From the IMG/VR virus record IMGVR_UViG_3300028412_000003: a stretch of 64,000 bases of DNA; one strand, 5' to 3'. Below, one piece after another: positions 27,840 to 39,500 of the stretch. This DNA comes from a virus. Its lineage: Duplodnaviria > Caudoviricetes. A program made the translations under genes and the position numbers. Each line of letters begins with the position of its first letter. Positions within the stretch are counted from its first letter, which is position 1. The notes under the pieces were generated by a model. The model did no database searches, was not told the DNA's origin, and saw only the letters and a program-made list of their open reading frames with translations.

Positions 27840-28396
27840 ACAAACAATCCAACATATTTCATATAAACAGTATTTCCACCATCATATGTCCATACATCCA
27901 TTATATAGTGATTTGTAAAATTTTCAATAGTAAACGGTGATGGAAAATCAGAAGATTTAATTAAAATTCCGCCAGCTTCGGATGTAAAAGACAATGTCTT
28001 TTGAGTAGCATTATTTGGAATTAATTCAATTCGCATCTTTGCTAATTTACCAGAAGGAGGCCAATCAACAAAATTAACAGCAAGGTTATCAGAAATAACT
28101 GCGGTTTGATAATGTCCGTTTAAAAAACTAAAATCAAAGCTACCGGCAAATGTACCAAGTTCAATAAACTCTTCTGTTATCTGAACAAGGTTGGCATCAC
28201 TTATGTCATTTCCTGAAAAATCATTTCCTGTATTGACCTTTGCGGTGTCGTCTTGCAATTCTTCAACTTCGGCCTTAGCTGCTGCTAAACTGTCTTTTAT
28301 GATAGAAAAATTATCACGGAATCCTTGGGTATCGTTATCTTGTCCCGCAACTGGATATTCCGCGTCAATTGTGGTGCTTACTATGTTACTACTCAT
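27836..28396 (-). CDS. Putative tail/baseplate structural protein
   Basis: YPVAGQDNDTQGFRDNF N-terminus plus coiled coil and beta-rich C-domain; late promoter. Confidence 0.6.
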   Translation of the reverse strand: MSSNIVSTTIDAEYPVAGQDNDTQGFRDNFSIIKDSLAAAKAEVEELQDDTAKVNTGNDFSGNDISDANLVQITEEFIELGTFAGSFDFSFLNGHYQTAVISDNLAVNFVDWPPSGKLAKMRIELIPNNATQKTLSFTSEAGGILIKSSDFPSPFTIENFTNHYIMDVWTYDGGNTVYMKYVGLFV

Positions 28397-28411
28397 GTTA
28401 TTTCCTCTCTA

Positions 28412-28419
28412 TATTTATC
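28412..28419 (-). promoter_or_regulatory. Late promoter GATAAATA with GAGG leader
   Basis: Motif 15 nt upstream of the 28396 ATG. Confidence 0.6.
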
Positions 28420-28420
28420 A

Positions 28421-31400
28421 TTATGCTATATTGAATTGATAATTTGCGAACAAGATATATTGCTCGTTTGAATTACCTGTTGTGCTATCTATCACATAAC
28501 GATCGATTTCAAAGTTAAGTGTCTTGAAATCAAAACCATTGTTTTCTAAATTAAGTTTTATTTGTGAAGAACCGCTGGCTATGCAGTAACACAAAGGAAG
28601 AGCAAGAGTATATCCAATCTCTTGTATGCCTCCCAACTGCGCCGTTCTCATCCATAATGGTAAAAAGTTTCTTTCAGTTACTCCTGTTTCTTTTATACGG
28701 TTTCTCATATTCGTAATGTTAGAAATGTAACGAGTATTATCACCTTTGTTTCCAACATTAACCGCATCACTGTCTGCTGTTATTGTATTCATCCCTTTAC
28801 GAGGACGAAATTTAAAAGGTTCACTATCTGTAGTAGAGACAACCGTGACCATATTTCCATTTTCATCTATTATATCTTCGTCTCCGATTGTTATGATAGT
28901 ATCATCCCCCGAAATTTTATGATAAAGTTGTTCTGTTGTTATTCTATTTCCATTAACATACATTTCAGGTAAACCGGTATTTGTTTGAAAAGAGTCCTTT
29001 TGGGTATCGTAGTTGATCATGTCTGCTGTTATCTTATCGTTATTAAGGGTTGAAAAACTTTCCCTAACTTTACCGTTTCTTGATTCATAAGGATCTATCA
29101 CTTCTACATAGACTACTTCGTAAACTATATCGTTGCTACCCGGATTCTTAGCTATTGCGGTTCTAATGTTACCTAATTTAAATTTTTTTCTGCCATGATT
29201 CTTAGCAACAGCGGCAACATAATTTTCAACCTCTTTAGTTTCAATTCCTGCATAAGCTAAAATTCTTACATCTCTTTGTAATCCAAAAGCAGGATCGTTC
29301 GGACGATATATTAATTCAGATGGAAATATATCAGGATTTGATATAAGCTGAGTATATGCTTGCCTTTGTGATATAGGTAAAAATGGTTTCAAATATAGAT
29401 TGCTATAAAGTAAATCATTTGGATCTATTACTGATATTGTAAATGTTCTAGTGGTAGCGGAAAAATTAAACCTATCTCTTGCTTCAACTGTAAAGACATA
29501 TTCTCTATCAAAAGATGTATCGGCTCCGTCAAATATACAATTTCCACTGTCAAAAACAGTTAATCCGGGTTGACCAACTTCACCAAATTGTTTAACCTTA
29601 CCAATTATCTCTCCATCAAATACAACTTCTAACCCAGGCGGTAACCTACCTTCAATTACACGATACAACAATTTTGCATTCGGAACCGAAGTTTGTGCTT
29701 CTACTTTAAATGTACTTAGGAAATTGGCATTAATAGTTCCAAGATCAGATGGAGTTAACCAAGTTATAGTTGATTCAACATCACCTAATATCTTAACTGT
29801 AAATGTTTTATCTTTAAATGGTTGTGTAGTTTCGTCTGTTGCTCCCGTTATTACATTTATTGAGAATGAAGTATCCGAGTATGCTCCTATACCTATATTG
29901 CGTCCTGCTTCTAATGTCCTTTGTAATCCAACGTCTAAATCAATACGATCATAAAAATCAGTTAACGTTGCTTCTATCGTAATTAAACTATTAGATGGTG
30001 CAAACAAAGATTCAATTCTTGATATATTTCTATTTGTACTAGTAGAAGGAACACGGAGAATGAGTTGGTTATCAGCATTGGTTTCAAACACTGCGGTTGG
30101 AAAAACTCTCGCAACAGCTTCGTCAAATGTCTCAACAACCGAAGGTAGACCAATATTTGTTGGATCTATCTCTAAGTTAGACGAGTCTGAATATTCAATT
30201 ACCCAAGTTGTAAATGGAGTAATACTTTGGACATTATACAATTCGGTGTCTGTAAATCGAAAGGTACTACCTTGTAATCTTACTTTTTGACTTTCTACTA
30301 AACTTTTTACAAAGATATAAGTCTGTGGACTGATTGCCTCTTCGTTTAAATTAATTGCAAAAGCAGGAGCCAAACTGGATGACAGGGTTAATAGATCATA
30401 ATTGTCAAAAGTTCCATTAACTGCGGTTATAGTATAAGCAGAGTTTTCAATCTTAACTCTACGATTAAGAAGTGAATTTAAATCATCAACTCCGTCATCT
30501 AAACCGGTTGGTAGTTTATTAATTTTGAGAAAAGTTTTTCCTATTAATGTATCTTCATACACAACACCAGTTACAGTAACTTGATTAATATCTCCTGTAA
30601 ATCGAGTTGCTCTTACTGTAAATTTATATTCTCTAGTAACAGCAGGTTGATACGGAACTCGTCCATAAATTTCACCCGTTATACTGTCTAATGTCATACC
30701 TGGTGGTAATACAGAAAGAGTGTTATCATCATTTTCTGGAACTAACTGGTATCGAATCTTTCCTTGTACTTCACTAGTGTCAAGTGTATCTAAAAATAAA
30801 GTTAGGTAATTATCAGCTCGTCTATAACCAAGTTCACTTGGAGTTAACCAGATTGGAGTACGAACATAGGTATTGTCTGCCGTAAACAATCCGGTCCCAG
30901 CCTGCATGATAGTATTATCTGCTCTAAGAAAATCGTCACCAACAACATAGATACGAAATACTCTTCTTGTTACAGTGTCACCATCACTCACTGTAACGGC
31001 AAATTGATAAAATCTATTTAATTTTTTAGGAGAACGAGTTGGGATTGCATCGTCATAAAATCCGGAATCATAAAAAAATGAATCATATCCGCTTGCACTT
31101 AATACTCCAAAATCATATGGATATCCGTCATAACCATTTGCATCAAAATATCCAGACCCCGCTGCTCTATCCAATGCAAGTATAGGATCTACAATACCAG
31201 ATATTCTTCCATCAGCTGATAATGTAAGTCCGGGAGGTAATTCTCCGTCGTCATCTGCAATAAAATATTCTAATTCGTCGCCTGCTGGAATATCTTCATC
31301 AATTGCTTGTAATTCAAAATCAACTAACGAACTGTCAACTATAAAGAAGAGACCATTATTACCTATTGGTAATAATCCTTCATTTGTTAACCATATTGGT

Positions 31401-31684
31401 GAATCAGGACCAGAAACAACAACCTGGAAGGTTCTATCTTCAAACCTTCCGTCTGTTAATGTTGCCCGTAAAACAAAAGTTGAAATCTCATCTCTTGAAA
31501 CTTGAAACGGAGTTCCTTCTATTCTAGTACCAACTAATCGTAGACCAGAAGGTAAACTTCCACTTATTTTTACTATAGACGGATTAACTAAACCATTTGC
31601 GAGCGGAAGCTCAAGTGAAACAGTTACCCTCTCTATCAGCGTACTAAGTGTTGAACCTGATGGTAGATTCCAAATATTTGACAT
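28421..31684 (-). CDS. Large baseplate structural protein with repeated Ig-like (He_PIG-type) domains
   Basis: Repeated GxLPPGLxL...GxIxG...Y.FTV.A units; 1087 aa; late promoter. Confidence 0.7.
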   Translation of the reverse strand: MSNIWNLPSGSTLSTLIERVTVSLELPLANGLVNPSIVKISGSLPSGLRLVGTRIEGTPFQVSRDEISTFVLRATLTDGRFEDRTFQVVVSGPDSPIWLTNEGLLPIGNNGLFFIVDSSLVDFELQAIDEDIPAGDELEYFIADDDGELPPGLTLSADGRISGIVDPILALDRAAGSGYFDANGYDGYPYDFGVLSASGYDSFFYDSGFYDDAIPTRSPKKLNRFYQFAVTVSDGDTVTRRVFRIYVVGDDFLRADNTIMQAGTGLFTADNTYVRTPIWLTPSELGYRRADNYLTLFLDTLDTSEVQGKIRYQLVPENDDNTLSVLPPGMTLDSITGEIYGRVPYQPAVTREYKFTVRATRFTGDINQVTVTGVVYEDTLIGKTFLKINKLPTGLDDGVDDLNSLLNRRVKIENSAYTITAVNGTFDNYDLLTLSSSLAPAFAINLNEEAISPQTYIFVKSLVESQKVRLQGSTFRFTDTELYNVQSITPFTTWVIEYSDSSNLEIDPTNIGLPSVVETFDEAVARVFPTAVFETNADNQLILRVPSTSTNRNISRIESLFAPSNSLITIEATLTDFYDRIDLDVGLQRTLEAGRNIGIGAYSDTSFSINVITGATDETTQPFKDKTFTVKILGDVESTITWLTPSDLGTINANFLSTFKVEAQTSVPNAKLLYRVIEGRLPPGLEVVFDGEIIGKVKQFGEVGQPGLTVFDSGNCIFDGADTSFDREYVFTVEARDRFNFSATTRTFTISVIDPNDLLYSNLYLKPFLPISQRQAYTQLISNPDIFPSELIYRPNDPAFGLQRDVRILAYAGIETKEVENYVAAVAKNHGRKKFKLGNIRTAIAKNPGSNDIVYEVVYVEVIDPYESRNGKVRESFSTLNNDKITADMINYDTQKDSFQTNTGLPEMYVNGNRITTEQLYHKISGDDTIITIGDEDIIDENGNMVTVVSTTDSEPFKFRPRKGMNTITADSDAVNVGNKGDNTRYISNITNMRNRIKETGVTERNFLPLWMRTAQLGGIQEIGYTLALPLCYCIASGSSQIKLNLENNGFDFKTLNFEIDRYVIDSTTGNSNEQYILFANYQFNIA

Positions 31685-31705
31685 ACTATATCCCCTCGTA
31701 TATCA

Positions 31706-31713
31706 TATTTAGC
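31706..31713 (-). promoter_or_regulatory. Late promoter GCTAAATA with GAGG leader
   Basis: Motif 21 nt upstream of the 31684 ATG. Confidence 0.55.
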
Positions 31714-31719
31714 AGGGTA

Positions 31720-32415
31720 TTAACTAGTACCGAAATCTATCTCAACTTCACTAGGGTTTGTAGCTGTGCCCATATCTACATCTACGTTTCTTACTATATA
31801 TTCAAATGCACTAGATATAGGATCTGAAACATCTCCAAAATCAAAATCATTAAAATATGAATTAATAGTTCTAATATCAATTCCGTAAACTAACCCATCA
31901 AGCGACCCTTGAAAATTATTAGCTTGTATGATATTGATATTAACGATGTCGTTTTGATCACCTTCAAGGTCGGCACCTAATTGAGGGGAGGGATCAGCCA
32001 ACAATGATGCTATTCCGGTATAATTGATAGTTAAGGTAGTACCACTAATACTAGTTTCAATGTCAGTACCGCCTATTATAGTTAATGTGTCGCCATCTTC
32101 TAATGCTACAGTTCCGCTATCTGAATTAATATTTAGATCTTGTAGACCTCCCAACGAACTAATAGTAATATCATTTGTAGTAGAAGAAAGGGTAATATTA
32201 GTTCCGGCTATAATTTTCTTAAATTGTAAATCATTTACTACTTTAGAAGAAAAAATTCCTTCTCCGGAAGCGCCCTTATTTGACGCAGTAGTAGCCTCGG
32301 GTTGACGTAGATCTAATTCTTCAAAATTATTATTTACTTTGATAAATGCCTCTCGGAGATCGTCACCGGTTCCGTCGTTTGCTATTCTACCTAAATTAAT
32401 TAATTCTACAGTCAT
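31720..32415 (-). CDS. Baseplate/short fibre protein with gp9/gp10-type N-terminus
   Basis: INLGRIANDGTGDDLREAFIKVNNNFEEL resembles the T4 gp10/gp9 N-terminal attachment motif. Confidence 0.7.
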   Translation of the reverse strand: MTVELINLGRIANDGTGDDLREAFIKVNNNFEELDLRQPEATTASNKGASGEGIFSSKVVNDLQFKKIIAGTNITLSSTTNDITISSLGGLQDLNINSDSGTVALEDGDTLTIIGGTDIETSISGTTLTINYTGIASLLADPSPQLGADLEGDQNDIVNINIIQANNFQGSLDGLVYGIDIRTINSYFNDFDFGDVSDPISSAFEYIVRNVDVDMGTATNPSEVEIDFGTS

Positions 32416-32430
32416 GTTTCTCTCCTACTG

Positions 32431-32438
32431 TATTTAAG
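32431..32438 (-). promoter_or_regulatory. Late promoter CTTAAATA with AGGAG leader
   Basis: Motif 15 nt upstream of the 32415 ATG. Confidence 0.55.
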
Positions 32439-33510
32439 CAATTTGAACCCAAACACCATTTAGGTATGCGTTAAGATGTTGTAATCCATCACCCGCCGGA
32501 TTCCATGCTGTTCCATCGGAATATGCAATCATTCCTGCTTGCGGGTTTGGTTCACCATTATTGTTGATATAAACAGTAGGAGTATTAAATTGTAACCAAT
32601 TGGTGTTATTAACTCCTATATAGATAACTCCGTCGGTAGTAATACCGTCGCCACCGTTAATATAGACATCACCACCGGCATCACCTAATCCACTTCCGCC
32701 TTGAATTGTAAGATTTCCACCTCTTGTTGTGCCAGAACCACCGCTCAATAAGAGTTCACCACCCTCTGTAACAATTCCCATACCGGCTTGGATTCGTAAT
32801 ATAACTCCGTCTTCGCTATCATTACCGTCAACTCGTTCTGTTTGAACATTACCAACTATTAATCCGTTCACACTATCAACTAGCATCGTGGAGTCATCAG
32901 CAAAAACACTTCCGCTTATATCTAATGTTTGTGTTGCCATTTGAACAGGAAAGCCGTTGTTCTGTAATTGAACCGCAATAATACTAGCAAAGTCAACAAA
33001 TAGTTGTGATTCAGTTACTTGTACATCACTAATAACATTCCATGGAATAGTATTATTCACACCGTCAACTAAAAGCGTTGAATCATTGCCAAATATTGAT
33101 CCTTGCACATCTCCAGTATAAGGAGCATCTGCTAATTGAAAATTTGGAACATCACTAATAACATTCCATGGAATAGAACTGTTAACTGCATCAACTAACA
33201 AAGTTGAATCGTCACCAAAAACTGATCCATTTATATCTGTTACTTCTGTTAAGAAATCTGGAGCATTTACTATGTTGCTCCAGCTTATTGATGCGTTCTG
33301 TGCGTCAACTAAAAGAGTTGAATCTTCAGCATACACGTTACCAATTATACTATTGATTACAGTAGTACCTGTACCCGGACCCTCTTCAAGAGTATCAATT
33401 CTTGAATAAACTTCGTCAAAGTTTATGTTAACTTTTGTAAAGGCTACACGAGTTGGATCGCCGTCTCCTGCATTAGGAGAACTACCTATATTAACGGTTT
33501 GTTGTGCCAT
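32434..33510 (-). CDS. Tail fibre protein with gp9/gp10-type N-terminus and internal repeats
   Basis: VNIGSSPNAGDGDPTRVAFTKVNINFDEVY; four GSVF.DDSTLLVD.VN repeats; Gly-rich C-terminal part. Confidence 0.7.
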   Translation of the reverse strand: MAQQTVNIGSSPNAGDGDPTRVAFTKVNINFDEVYSRIDTLEEGPGTGTTVINSIIGNVYAEDSTLLVDAQNASISWSNIVNAPDFLTEVTDINGSVFGDDSTLLVDAVNSSIPWNVISDVPNFQLADAPYTGDVQGSIFGNDSTLLVDGVNNTIPWNVISDVQVTESQLFVDFASIIAVQLQNNGFPVQMATQTLDISGSVFADDSTMLVDSVNGLIVGNVQTERVDGNDSEDGVILRIQAGMGIVTEGGELLLSGGSGTTRGGNLTIQGGSGLGDAGGDVYINGGDGITTDGVIYIGVNNTNWLQFNTPTVYINNNGEPNPQAGMIAYSDGTAWNPAGDGLQHLNAYLNGVWVQIA

Positions 33511-36500
33511 TATACCCTTCCTACAACTACTTCGATGATGCCATATCCGTCATCATCTTTATTCTCAAGTGCCTTACCTATGATAGTACCAATCTTAGCA
33601 TTATTATCAACACATGCGTATCCCTTTATTGGACTAGTAACCATTAAGTCACCCTTTTTAATCTTACCAAGTACCTTAGTTGGTACACGTCCAGTTAATG
33701 CAACTGCGGTTACATTTTCACCTGTCATCTTATCGTTCATTAAATGTGCCGGATTAGTTGAAACAACACCTGCTACTCTCACGTCTCCTTTACGAGAACC
33801 AATTGTAATTTCAAACTCTCCGCCAAACACAACAACAGTTCCGGGTTCATAAATAGCATCCGCTGTGTAATTTTCAGCCAAGTCAGCATAGCGTGCCGAT
33901 GTTGATGTTCCGTAAATAACATTATAACCAAAACTTGCACTACCTATATCATATACTGCATCGACGTCTGGTACTACACCTGTTTTACTAAAAGTAAACG
34001 GTTTAACGGTTGTTCCGCCGCCAACATCAGCTACTAATATACCAACTTGTCCAGCAGTAGTAACACCGGTACTAGCACCAATTGCTATACCTGTAGATGC
34101 TGTCCCTCTTTCAGCAGGTGCTTCAATAAAGCTAGAATAAATCCAATCAACTGCTAAATTACTTTCTCCAGCAAGTGCTGAGTTAGTTTGTAGTATTGAC
34201 TGGGTAGTTCCTGCACTACCTATGTCAATATTACCAGGTACTTGCATAGTTGGCTTTACTGCACCATTTGCGGTAAAGACTGTTCCTTGTGCCGGAGTTT
34301 TTACGTTTAACTGTGTACCACTTAAACTTAAGACTTCATAAGTATTGTTACCACCTAATCTTAAACTTTCAACTCGTATTGATCCGTCATTTTGTGTTAA
34401 CAATACTGAATTTATACCAGATCCTGTTGTACTTGGAATAGCATATGGCGCAAGTGCACCACCACTTATATTACCAAGTATTCGATTATTTGCAATAGTT
34501 TCTAATTTAGAAAGAGTTAATGCACCATTTGTTAGTTCAACCCATCCATTAGTTGAAGTAAAGGTAGACGAATCAAAACTAGCTAGACCTAGATCAGATT
34601 GTGAAATACCACTTGCATTTGCTCTAGTCGTTGCAGCATTCATTGTTAGTTTACTTTGAGAAATAGCTGCAGAAGCATTAATGTCTGCGTTGGCTATAGA
34701 ACCAGCACGGTAATCAAGAGATACTTCAACTATACCACTTGTTCGAGTTACCGACGTAGTAATATCAGAACTACTTGAAATATCTGCATTAGATATTTCG
34801 TTAAATGGATTAGAAATAACACTTGCTGATTTTGAACCAATTGTAACAGTGATTGTATTACCATTACTTATAGCCCCTGCAAGAACACTATAGGTTATTA
34901 AAACTCCGTTACCATATAATGTATCACCTGAAACGCTTTGAACATCAACAACAGTTCCTGTTCCGCCTGTACCATTGTCTATTACATCACCTTCAGCAAA
35001 AGGCCCATTAACAACATTATTGACATAAATCTTTTTACGACCGGTTGCAATAACTATTTGTCCGGAATCATAAGAATTTGGAAACGTGTTTCGTAATTCT
35101 TCAAAGGTATCAAAATCTTCAATTAATCCATCGACGTAATCTTTTGTAGCTGCATCAGAACCATTAGCAGGAGCAGCTAAATTCGTTATCGTATTTGCGC
35201 CTGCATTTAAGTTACCGGTTAATTGTCCTCCAGTTGCAGCAACAACACCAGGCCCAATTAAGTCAGTAACGGTGTCACCAACATGATTAAAGCCTAGTCG
35301 ACGATTAACATATCCTCGTATTGCAGATTGTGTTGGAACGATATCAGAAGCATTGTCTGCCATAGAAGTATCAGTTGAAAATTCACTAATAACAACACCA
35401 CGTTTAAATCCAAAACCGTCTAAGTTTGAAAGAGCGATCGAAGCAGCAAATGTAACGGTTCCAGTTCCTTGGTCAACTGTAAAGAATCTTCCAACTCGAA
35501 ACACACCATCTTGGTCGGTTGAAACATAAAACACTCTTCCTTTTGTTCTTTCTTCAACTTCGTTAGCTTGTTGCGGGTTTCTTGGATTACCAAACAATAC
35601 ATTAGGGAAGTTAGATTGATTAAAGCTACCAGTTCCTATGTTAAGGAAATCATGTCCTGTAACACGACACGTTGATATATTGATTGTTATAGTTCCGGTT
35701 TCACCTGCAGTTAATCCAGCTCTTAATGTAATAGTATTAGTACCTTGCACAACCGGCGTAATAAGTCCGCTTGAAGATGAAGCAGAGTTGATGATGTCAG
35801 ATCCATCTACATCGGTTATTTCAATTGTACCATAACTACCTCTGTCTACATAATTTGAGATACGATGTAATTTACCATCCCATCCAAAAATCATATTTCC
35901 TGAATTTAATCTGTTTATTTCTGCATCTTCTGTAAGTTCGGTTATTGCAATAATGGTATCACCTATTGTGCTTCCCATAGTTCCGCCACCACCCCTTGGA
36001 TCGGCATTTGCAGCTTCCGTTATATTAACAATCAATCTTATATAATCATAAGGGGAATCAAAAGTTACAAGAGAACTACCGGTTGCTATTTCTTCACCAG
36101 TTGACTCAGTTGAACCAAAAGCTATAGATCGGTAAGTAGTAGTTGCTTCGTTATCAAAATTAACAGCAGTTGAAGGCTTCACAGCTAATGTATCTCTATT
36201 AGAAATATCAGTAAAGACAAATCCTGCGTTCTGTCGAACAGTTCCAGGAATCTTAGCAGCAGTTGCTTCAATTAATCCATTTTCAGCAAAGCCACTTTCG
36301 CTAACCGTAAAGTTAAATCTATAAACCTGACCGTCTTTTATTGGGGTATCGTTATTTGCTGGAACTGTTCCTGCTCCGCTTGCAGTTAGTATAGAACCGC
36401 CACCACTTACAGTATCAAAAGTTATAGTTAAGTCGTTAGCAGGACTTGCTCCACCTAATATAGCTCCGCTTATTGTAGCTGTTTCAGCTGCGGTATAACC

Positions 36501-39500
36501 ACTACCTCCCGATACAATGTCAACTAAGTAACCATTGTCAACTGTCTTCTTAATATTAAAAGAAGCAGAAGTTCCCGATCCACCATATGAGAATGTAGGA
36601 TTAATTACTCCACCTACTATCCTGTTTGTTATTTTTGTTACATTGGATAATTCGTAACGAGCCAATGTTCCACTATCATGGAGTACATCAATTTCTCCAT
36701 TGTTTTGTGGATTATGATCAAGGTCATAAACATAAAGAGAAATAGCTTCAACATCGTTATTAAATCCATCTATTGTTACAGATGTTGGAATTGAATTTGC
36801 TCCTAATGCACCAGAAGTAGAACCAGTTAAAGTATTTGCAGTATCAAAGGTTCCTGATACAGTTTCAAGATATACTTGGTTGGTATCAGAATCAAATATA
36901 ACATCACCTGTTGCTCCCGAACTTGCTTGAGTTAATGTTTCTCCAGATACAACAGATACAGTACCTGTTAATTTTAAGGTTGTATTTGATTTAAATATCT
37001 TAAATGGTTGTATCATATTATCACGTAATATGATATCATCTGGAATTTCGTTTGGATCCGCCCCTTCTGCAACTAGTCCATATTCTCCATATGCATTAGA
37101 CCCGTTAAGTGATCTTATCTCCGAACCATTTTTTGAATAGTATGCAGTCCAGCAATAATAGGTAAACTGAGATACTATTTCAGATAATCCACCGTTTACA
37201 CAAACTAATCCATATCCTAGATCGTTCATCTGTACAAAATCATTACCTAGCATAGATCTATTACCTGCTGTTTGTATTGTTACAGTAACCGGTAATGAAT
37301 CTAAATCAACACCCGTTGGTAATATTGAAGTAACACCTGTAAATCCAGTACCTTCATTTGAAGTAGGATCAAGATAAAATGTTGCAGTTCCCGTTCCGGA
37401 ATCATAGTCTGTAACAGCAACTAACTGGAAACGATTTCCGTCTATATAAAATGGTGCAGGAACTTGAGGCCTTCTTACAAACAATCCGGATCCTGCATCA
37501 CTTTCAACTTGTAATATAAAAGGAGTTGTCTTGCTAACAACATTGACCTGAATGTTAGCACAGAATGCATCAATAAACATTCCTCCTCGAAATGTCTGAC
37601 GATTTAAACTTTGTGAGAATGAAGAACCGGTTTGGAAATATGGAGATTTGGTTAGAACTTGTCCATCCGGATCAAGTACCATCATAAATCCACCATGTCC
37701 CTGAACTGTTAGGTTACGAATAATTGTAGCATCACCCATCATAAAGACATCTAATTCTCTATTATGTTTTGGAGGATTAAAATCAGCATCAAACGCATAT
37801 GCGACTAAGTTTACTAATGAATTGAATGCAGTACCCGATCCACTCTCGGGAGTGTAATCTGTATCAATTACTTGATCAACAGATCCTAATTTTGCACCAA
37901 AAGCTGAATTGTCTAATACACTAGCAACAATAGTTTTGATATAATTAATTCCGTCTTCGGTTTCGCTAGCCTGGCTTGCTATAACAGAAAGTGCAGTTTG
38001 ATAAAAATAAGATCCTTGGGCACGGAGGGTTTCTGCACGTCCTCCATTTATCATATCAGATACAATAGCATCTATAATTAATCCAACATCTCTTCGACAG
38101 GTAGAGGTATTATAAGTTAATGAAGGATAAGTTGCATTGATATATTCAATCACTTCTTCTGCAATAAATTCTCTGTTTCTATTAACTAGTTCTGCTGCTT
38201 CTATATAATTACCCGGATTAGTTGCACCAAATGACGAAATGTCAATATCACTTGTTGGATCGTAAAGGTAATGTCTTCCAAACCATCCTACTTGGGTTCC
38301 TGTTAGCGGATCAATATAAGGAATACCAGCCGTTGGAAGATTAGTGTCTTCAATTCCTGTAACAGATCCCGAATCACCAGTTAATCCGTCAAACTCTAAA
38401 TCTCTATAGAAATAAGTATTTGCCCAATAAGATTGAGATGCCTGATCCTTAGGGCGTACTATAACTCGACGGAATTCGTCTCCCTTAATCGAAACATTTT
38501 CTGATACACGTATTGGAAAATCTTCGTAATAAATACCAGATTCAACTCGTATGCTAATTTGTCTTTCTTTAACGCGATTGGCATATTCAAGTTGTTCTCC
38601 AAGTATAAATTCAATAGGTTCAGTTAATATAAGATCAAATTGATCGTTACCTGTTGGGGTTGTTGTAGATGGATCAACTTCTCTACGATATTGAACAATA
38701 ATTCCAAGTGCACCTGATGTTTTACCTCTAACTAGCTTTCCAGGAAGTAGATCGGTATTATTCTCGTTACCTTGGTCAACATATCCCATTCCACCATTTG
38801 TAAACGAAATTTGATAAACTGAACCATCAACTACGTTTGGTGCTTCTAAAGGACCATCGTTTATAATATCAATTATGATGTTAAATTTTGCAGCAACAGA
38901 TGACAACGAAGTTCCATCTACTACTTCTAATACATCAATTGTTTGCGTTACAATAGCATCACCGGTTTGTAAAGAAGTAACGGTTAAATTCTGCAAGATG
39001 TCATTCGTTAAATTCTTTATCTTATTAATCGCTGCTAGTGTTTGAGTTAGCTGCTCACTAATTGCCGTTTGTGCCGATGGATTTGAATAATATCTAAGAC
39101 CTGATTGACGACTCAAATAGTTTGCATTGTTACCAGATAAAACGTCAAGTACGATAGAGTCAAGTATTAACCCAACGTCTCTACGACAAGTTGATTCGTC
39201 GTAAGTAAAATTGGTATAAGTAGAATTAATAAACGCTATAGTTTCTTCAACAATGAAAGATCGATTAGCATCTATTAGATTCTTTACTGCACTTCTTCCA
39301 GCAACTGGAGATTTAATCCCAGCAGTGGAAGTTACAGATACACCGGTTGCATTATCATATACAATAGTTTGTACGTATGGTCCTGGTTCCACAGGAGCAG
39401 AAATCATTATCTCTTCTGCTTTTTGTGCTGCTCTATTAATAGATGCAAATGCTGCCCTTGCAGATCTACCTTGATTAGCTAATGGGATATCATTTTGTAT

